DNA from: a virus
Length of the DNA stretch: 22,505 nucleotides
Reading direction: 5' to 3' (one strand)
Virus record (IMG/VR): IMGVR_UViG_3300045988_042664
Coordinates: 1 to 22,505 of that record
Below are positions 18,134-22,505 of this stretch, one piece after another. Positions within the stretch are counted from its first letter, which is position 1. Every line of letters begins with the position of its first letter. Position numbers and translations under genes: made by a program. The notes beneath the pieces are model-generated. The model ran no database searches, was not told the DNA's origin, and saw nothing but the letters and a program-made list of their open reading frames with translations.

Positions 18134-18414
18134 CTACTTGATACGTCTCCAAAAGTAAGTTACCACGTAAGGTTGTACATTATCGTGAGGTTTGTTTCCG
18201 CCTGTTGGATATGTTTGACCGTACCAATAATAATTAGTTCTCTGAGCACGTTCAGTGGCTCTCGTAAAAGGAACATCACTATATGGATTACCATATAATG
18301 CAGTGGTTACATCGGTTTGTTGGTCTAAGATCCAATGCGTATGGCTCGGTAGCTCTTCACGTGTAAGTTTATGATAGTAGTCACCGCCAATCCATCCAGC
18401 AGTAAATGACATAC
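17841..18414. mobile_element. predicted invertible segment carrying two convergent fibre-tip cassettes
   Basis: It is bounded by GTATGTCATTTACTGC (17841-17856) and its exact reverse complement (18399-18414). It contains the active tip (to 18133) and the silent tip (from 18134), with their stop codons abutting as TAGCTA. Confidence 0.6.
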
Positions 18415-18433
18415 ATTTACTTGTAGTAATCAC
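18134..18433 (-). CDS. silent alternative C-terminal cassette of the tail fibre (no ATG start or SD of its own)
   Basis: It is paralogous to fibre residues ~529-625: MSFTA, E(M/L)PSH(A/T)H and PH(N/D)N(I/V)QPY..V..FWRR(V/I)K. The ORF opens at a GTG inside the recombinase 3' end, and no SD precedes that GTG or the internal ATG at 18412. Confidence 0.7.
   Translation of the reverse strand: MITTSKCMSFTAGWIGGDYYHKLTREELPSHTHWILDQQTDVTTALYGNPYSDVPFTRATERAQRTNYYWYGQTYPTGGNKPHDNVQPYVVTYFWRRIK
18401..18421. repeat. right recombination core site (perfect 7-7-7 dyad)
   Basis: AGTAAAT-GACATAC-ATTTACT has 7-bp perfect inverted arms around an asymmetric 7-bp spacer. The recombinase stop codon (minus-strand TAA, 18417-18419) lies in the outer arm. 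Confidence 0.65.
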
Positions 18434-19310
18434 AAAGTAGCTCTACACATTTACGCTTTAATTCCATTTGAGGATGTACGTAGATGTTCATTGTGATTGA
18501 TACGTTGGAGTGTCCTAACAATTCGCTCAGTGATTTATAATCACAACCACATTCAATACATCTTGTAGCGAATGTATGTCTGAGCGCATGGAATTTGAGA
18601 TGTGGTAGGTCAAGTTCTTTTAAAACTCTATTGTAGTAAAGCCTATATTTATTAGGTTCTATCGGTTTATCTCGATTCGTTAATACATAGTTATCTGCAT
18701 CGCCTTGAAGCAGTATTGCGTAATGCATTATCCAAGTGTTCAACGGAATCATACGAGTGCTAGAACGTGATTTAGGCGGTGTTATTGAAAGATGACTACC
18801 GTCTTCTTTTGTGTATGTTCGTATCATGGTTTTGTCGATTTTTAAAAGTTTGGTCTGTACATTTATATCAGACCATTTCAAAGCGCATAGTTCACCTATG
18901 CGTATTCCGGTGTGGATGCATAAAAGTATTCCAAAGTTTTTACAGTTGATCTCAGATTGGAGATGATTAATCAATGAAATTTGATGTTCTTTTTCAAAAA
19001 TCTCAACCGCCTTAGGAGGATGGTAAGGTAACTGAACATCGACTTTGAATGGAAGCGTAAATTTAAGAATTTGAATAATGTCTTTGGCATATTTGAATGA
19101 TATGCCACCTTTTCCATCTTTACGACCATTTTCAAGTTTTTGAAGAATAAACTCCTGCGGAATATCGTTGTTCAAATCTTCAATCTGATAATTGCCTAGT
19201 TTTGGCATGATGTGATTGTGGATCACATTACAATAATTTGTGTAAGTGCTGTATTTTAGATAGATTTTCTTTTCTTTTAACCAAGATGTTAATTTTTCTG
19301 AATATAGCAT
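18417..19310 (-). CDS. tyrosine site-specific recombinase (phage integrase family), predicted fibre invertase
   Basis: 297 aa with the full catalytic set: R137 (TGIRIGE), K180, H241-x-x-R244 (HALRHTFAT), H267 (LGHSN) and Y277 (NIYVH). It has a SAM-like N-terminal core-binding domain and no long arm-binding domain. The family call is secure; the invertase role is inferred from context. Confidence 0.85.
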   Translation of the reverse strand: MLYSEKLTSWLKEKKIYLKYSTYTNYCNVIHNHIMPKLGNYQIEDLNNDIPQEFILQKLENGRKDGKGGISFKYAKDIIQILKFTLPFKVDVQLPYHPPKAVEIFEKEHQISLINHLQSEINCKNFGILLCIHTGIRIGELCALKWSDINVQTKLLKIDKTMIRTYTKEDGSHLSITPPKSRSSTRMIPLNTWIMHYAILLQGDADNYVLTNRDKPIEPNKYRLYYNRVLKELDLPHLKFHALRHTFATRCIECGCDYKSLSELLGHSNVSITMNIYVHPQMELKRKCVELLCDYYK

Positions 19311-19354
19311 TTTTGTTTTACCTCGCTTTTTTTATATTAATAGGAGGATTTTAT

Positions 19355-19603
19355 ATGGTTAAAACACATGAAATCAATTTAAATACTAAATTATGGAATT
19401 TTTTCCAAGAACACGATTTTATTATTCTTGATTTGACGGATAAACAAATCAACGAACAAGATTATGTGTTATTCAAGCAAGTTTCTTTAGATGAAGGCAA
19501 AGAAACGGATACTGGATTATTCAGAATGACACAAATTCGTAGCATCACAACTAACGATGGTTTCAAAGATGGTTATGTGATGTTAAACGTAACTAAATTA
19601 TAG
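19355..19603 (+). CDS. DUF3850-like (ASCH-fold) small protein
   Basis: I prefer the ATG at 19355 (TAGGAGGA at 19341-19348) over the track start at 19238. It is 82 aa. The THEINL...F N-terminus and KDGYVMLNV C-terminus resemble DUF3850 as I recall it. Confidence 0.45.
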   Translation: MVKTHEINLNTKLWNFFQEHDFIILDLTDKQINEQDYVLFKQVSLDEGKETDTGLFRMTQIRSITTNDGFKDGYVMLNVTKL

Positions 19604-19611
19604 ATATTGCG

Positions 19612-19636
19612 GAGTCTAGAAATAGGCTCTTTTTTT
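19612..19636 (+). terminator. candidate rho-independent terminator
   Basis: GAGTCTA (19612-19618), a GAAA loop and TAGGCTC (19623-19629) form a 7-bp stem with one G-U pair, followed by T7. Confidence 0.45.
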
Positions 19637-19662
19637 ACAAAATTTAAAAGGAGGAATTGTAT

Positions 19663-19887
19663 ATGAATTTTGCATCTGCATTTATTTCGATGACTCGTGG
19701 CCACAAGGTTGCTCGTAGTCACTGGAGTGGATATTGGCATATCGTCGATGGAATCATCATGATGCATACGAAAGATGGTATTGATTTAAAATTAACGGAT
19801 TCAGACGATATTGTATATACAATCAGCAATTGTGCATGTGATGACTGGAACATTGTTGATAACTATGGAGTTAGCAAGGAGAGATAG
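19663..19887 (+). CDS. DUF2829 family protein (Tad2-like candidate anti-Thoeris sponge)
   Basis: I prefer the ATG at 19663 (AAAGGAGG at 19647-19654). It is 74 aa. The N-terminus MNFASAFISMTRGHKVARSHWSG matches the recalled DUF2829 signature (M.F..A...l..G.kv.R..W.g), and the C-terminus has the typical DDW.IV ending. Confidence 0.55.
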   Translation: MNFASAFISMTRGHKVARSHWSGYWHIVDGIIMMHTKDGIDLKLTDSDDIVYTISNCACDDWNIVDNYGVSKER

Positions 19888-19890
19888 AAT

Positions 19891-20130
19891 ATGGAACAAT
19901 TGAAAAATGCTAAATGGTGGAGTGCAGCATGCACACGCTGCTTAAAAACAATGTGTCAGACTGCAATCGCAATGATTGGAACGTCACAAATGATGGAACA
20001 AGTGGATCTTAAAGTTGTAGTATCAAGCACTGCTTTGGCTGGAATTTTGTCATTATTGACATCCTTAGCCGGATTACCAGAAGTAGAGACACCCTATACT
20101 GAAGATGAAGAAGCGAAAGAAAATCAGTGA
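19891..20130 (+). CDS. holin
   Basis: 79 aa with SD AAGGAGAG. It has two hydrophobic segments (CQTAIAMIGTS and VVVSSTALAGILSLLTSLAGL) and an acidic C-terminal tail. It lies two genes upstream of the endolysin. Confidence 0.6.
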   Translation: MEQLKNAKWWSAACTRCLKTMCQTAIAMIGTSQMMEQVDLKVVVSSTALAGILSLLTSLAGLPEVETPYTEDEEAKENQ

Positions 20131-20141
20131 GGGCGCTGGTA

Positions 20142-20537
20142 ATGAACTTTGTGATTACTAGTGAACAGATTGTCTGGTGTATGACTTTTATTGGTCTTGT
20201 CTGGGCCACTGTTAAGATTATCAAGGAGCTAAAAAAGCCGAGTGATGATCTTAAAGAAACGGTGAAGAGACATACAGAATTATTGCATCGAGATAACGAA
20301 CGATTGAATTCGCTTGAAAAGATAACCTTGAATCAGGAAGGTATCAATCGCAAATTAGAAGAACATACTCGCATCCTATCAGATCATGATGATCGGTTGG
20401 AAGAGGACAAGAAGCGAGGCGATCTGATGTTAAAGGCGAACATGGCCATCCTCGATGGAATGTTATCGGAAGATGATAAAGAAAGCCTAAAGGCTACACG
20501 AAAGGAAATCCAGGACTTTTTAGTCGAGAAGAATTAG
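20142..20537 (+). CDS. membrane-anchored coiled-coil protein of the lysis cassette
   Basis: 131 aa from the ATG at 20142 (GAGGG at 20129-20133). The track's GTG at 20127 is possible through a GTGA overlap with the holin stop. It has one N-terminal TM helix (IVWCMTFIGLVWATVKII) followed by a charged helical region. Confidence 0.5.
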   Translation: MNFVITSEQIVWCMTFIGLVWATVKIIKELKKPSDDLKETVKRHTELLHRDNERLNSLEKITLNQEGINRKLEEHTRILSDHDDRLEEDKKRGDLMLKANMAILDGMLSEDDKESLKATRKEIQDFLVEKN

Positions 20538-20549
20538 GAGGACAGAATC

Positions 20550-20654
20550 ATGGAAGAAAAAGAAGTAAAATTTGAAGAATTATCAGAAGAAGCTCAAACA
20601 GAATTGAGTAATGGTAAAGAAGAAGGCGAAGAAGAATGTCATATTCAAGCTTAG
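20550..20654 (+). CDS. 34-aa highly acidic micro-ORF overlapping the endolysin start
   Basis: It is not on the ORF track. AGGAGGA (20535-20541) lies 8 nt upstream of the ATG at 20550. The product is MEEKEVKFEELSEEAQTELSNGKEEGEEECHIQA. The ORF ends at 20654, 19 nt into the endolysin ORF. Confidence 0.3.
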   Translation: MEEKEVKFEELSEEAQTELSNGKEEGEEECHIQA

Positions 20655-21730
20655 CAAATAAATGTATTCCTGCTAGTGCAGATAACTATATGCGTGGTCG
20701 TGGAGGATATAAGATTTGTAAAATCACACCTCATCACATGGCTTGCAAATGGACCGCAGAACGATGCGCTCAGTCATTCCAAGTAAGTGGAAGAATGGCT
20801 AGTGCAAACTATTGTATTGGTTCAGATGGTACGATTGTTTCAAATGTTGACGAAGAAAACAGAGCGTGGACATCATCAAACTACTACAACGATTGCCAAT
20901 CAATTACAATTGAAATTGCTAATGATAATACAGATACATGGACTATCTCACCAAAAGCATGGAATGCATTGGTAAATCTATGTGTGGATGTATGTAAACG
21001 ATATAGATTCCGATTGAATTATACTGGTGATTCAACTGGTAGCTTGACAGAGCATAGAATGTTCGCAGCAACATCTTGCCCAGGTCCTTATTTACATTCG
21101 AAAATGCCTCAATTAGCACAAGAAGTAAATGCTAGATTGGATGGTCAAACTGTAGCACCAACACAACCAAGTGTTCCAAGCGCTCCAAGTGGTGAAAAGT
21201 ATTCAGTCGGTACACCTATCTGCACAAATACATTAAGCGTTAACTGCTACGGAACTTCTAAAATCTTAAAAGGAGATTGGAATGGTTCAATCGGTAGAGT
21301 TATTAAAGGTGCTAAATATCCATATCGTGTTGATCGTAATGGGGTAGCGATTGGATGGACAAATGATGCAGGTATTGATACAGACCCACATACACCAGTT
21401 GGAACTACACAGTCTAGCTCGGAAGCTATCGACCAAATCTTGCATGAAGGCAGCTATGTTACATCTGTGCACATGAAAATCGGTAATCAAGGCTTGAAGA
21501 AAATCGGCGATGATATATGTGCATACCTATCACAATTAGGTGGTTGGTTTCCAATTCGATTGGTCGACAAAGTGCCAAACTCAGACGGATATAACGACAA
21601 TGTATTGCACACTACAAATGCAGTAGTCTATGTGTCTAGAATCAGAGTCGATGCGGTTAATGTTCAAAAGAACATCGTTAAAATTGGCGGTATTTGGGTT
21701 GATCCAACACCGCTAACAGAAATTGCATAA
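20636..21730 (+). CDS. endolysin, N-acetylmuramoyl-L-alanine amidase (Amidase_2/PGRP-like) with C-terminal wall-binding region
   Basis: 364 aa with KITPHHMA, SANYCIGSDGTIV, ENRAWTSSN, SITIEIAN and EHRMFAATSCPG motifs typical of Amidase_2. A Pro/Ser linker (APTQPSVPSAPSG) is followed by about 180 aa of putative binding domain. Confidence 0.85.
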   Translation: MSYSSLANKCIPASADNYMRGRGGYKICKITPHHMACKWTAERCAQSFQVSGRMASANYCIGSDGTIVSNVDEENRAWTSSNYYNDCQSITIEIANDNTDTWTISPKAWNALVNLCVDVCKRYRFRLNYTGDSTGSLTEHRMFAATSCPGPYLHSKMPQLAQEVNARLDGQTVAPTQPSVPSAPSGEKYSVGTPICTNTLSVNCYGTSKILKGDWNGSIGRVIKGAKYPYRVDRNGVAIGWTNDAGIDTDPHTPVGTTQSSSEAIDQILHEGSYVTSVHMKIGNQGLKKIGDDICAYLSQLGGWFPIRLVDKVPNSDGYNDNVLHTTNAVVYVSRIRVDAVNVQKNIVKIGGIWVDPTPLTEIA

Positions 21731-21857
21731 GCGTAAAAATAACACATATAAGTGTCAAAATTGTACAAAATGTGCAAAAATTACAATTAAATATCAAAAT
21801 AAGTGTCATAATTTAAAAAAATGACACAAATCCTTCAACTATTTTTCGTATATTTTT

Positions 21858-21889
21858 AGCCTATGATTAAGTTCATAGGCTCTTTTTTT
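21858..21889 (+). terminator. rho-independent terminator downstream of the lysis cassette
   Basis: AGCCTATGA (21858-21866), a 6-nt loop and TCATAGGCT (21873-21881), then C and T7. Confidence 0.7.
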
Positions 21890-22090
21890 ATGCTATTATT
21901 TTTTGTGAGCACCCATCTGACAACCCCAAGGCATTTTCCTACTGCCTAGCTATAGCATATTTACCTGATTTACTAACTGTTTATTAACGTTCTTAATGCT
22001 AATTTATTGAATGGGGACGTCATGAGGGTACTCACATTATTTTTATAGCTCGTGTACTAGCGTATAAGGACTTTCTTGGGTCGTATGAAT

Positions 22091-22119
22091 TTGTACGGCC
22101 TTTGCTTATGTGATATAAT
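22091..22119 (+). promoter_or_regulatory. sigma-A-like promoter with extended -10
   Basis: TTGTAC (22091-22096), a 17-bp spacer, then TGaTATAAT (22111-22119). No ORF of useful length follows. Confidence 0.4.
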
Positions 22120-22505
22120 CAATGCAGGCCAAAACATGAGAATTCTAAGTGAACCATGTTAGCTTGATGTACAAATCTAAGTTAGGCATATAGGTTTATT
22201 AGTATTGATCTATAGTCATTCCAAGCGTGGCTGATTAATATTATTTTTATGCAAGTCGACTACAAAGAAAATAACCCGCTTTTTTCTACCACTGAATAGA
22301 GTACATTCTAGAAGTACTTGAAATGTGGTCTTTTTTTTGTTCAAAAGTATGCTCGTAGCATACATGCTACGCATAAGGCCCTAACCATCGGTGATAGATT
22401 CTGATAAAAGAAAAATAAGCAAAGTAACAAACGTTAATACAAAGTGAAGGGAATGAAAGCAAATATTTAGTTATATTATTTTTCTAGTTAATTTTAAAAA
22501 TAAAT

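Noticed and set aside
16256-18433. A diversity-generating retroelement as the explanation for the variable fibre tip.
   Set aside because: The window has no reverse transcriptase gene and no template/variable repeat pair with adenine-specific differences. The two tips are diverged paralogues flanked by an inverted repeat, which fits inversion rather than mutagenic retrohoming.
18417-19310. The recombinase as the ordinary lysogeny integrase, with a nearby attP.
   Set aside because: Its position inside the late operon, its short length without an arm-binding domain, and its end inside an in-frame inverted repeat bounding a fibre-tip cassette all favour an invertase role. This cannot be fully excluded without seeing the rest of the element.
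19238-19354. The N-terminal 39 codons of track ORF 19238-19603, a very hydrophobic leader (MCKCCILDRFSFLL...).
   Set aside because: This part is antisense to the recombinase 5' end and has no SD. A strong SD (TAGGAGGA) sits just before the internal ATG at 19355, so the shorter ORF is preferred.
19573-20224. Minus-strand ORFs 19573-19767 and 20009-20224.
   Set aside because: They are antisense to the DUF2829-like gene and to the holin and next gene. They lack SD sites and recognisable motifs.
20787-21490. ORFs 20787-20975 (+) and 21287-21490 (-) inside the endolysin gene.
   Set aside because: They are out of frame or antisense within a gene carrying clear amidase motifs, so they are chance ORFs.
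1-22505. A search by eye for CRISPR arrays, tRNA/tmRNA genes and rRNA fragments.
   Set aside because: I saw no regularly spaced direct repeats and no tRNA-like T-arm motif or cloverleaf candidates, including in the ORF-free 3' region. A formal tRNA/Rfam scan was not possible.

Overview
This window is almost entirely the late (packaging, head, tail, lysis) region of a siphovirus-type temperate phage or prophage from a low-GC Gram-positive host. Genes are tightly packed on the + strand with SD-like sites and frequent start/stop overlaps. The order is terS, terL, portal, ClpP-like prohead protease, HK97-type major capsid, four head-tail joining proteins, major tail protein, and a tail chaperone pair with a candidate -1 frameshift. 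These are followed by a 980-aa tape measure, an oversized Dit, a 1272-aa Tal, a 625-aa distal fibre, two small accessory genes, a holin, a membrane coiled-coil protein and an amidase endolysin. The last 775 bp have no ORF on the supplied track. The standout is at 17.8-19.3 kb. The fibre gene is followed tail-to-tail by a silent inverted paralogue of its own C-terminal tip. That cassette is bounded by a 16-bp perfect inverted repeat kept in the same reading frame, and a complete tyrosine recombinase gene on the minus strand ends inside the right-hand repeat. I read this as a binary DNA-inversion switch of receptor-binding specificity, analogous to Mu G/Gin but driven by a tyrosine recombinase. 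Secondary points are a DUF2829 (Tad2-like) candidate anti-defence gene and a DUF3850-like moron between the switch and the lysis cassette. All family names come from motif recall and gene order; no database search was run.
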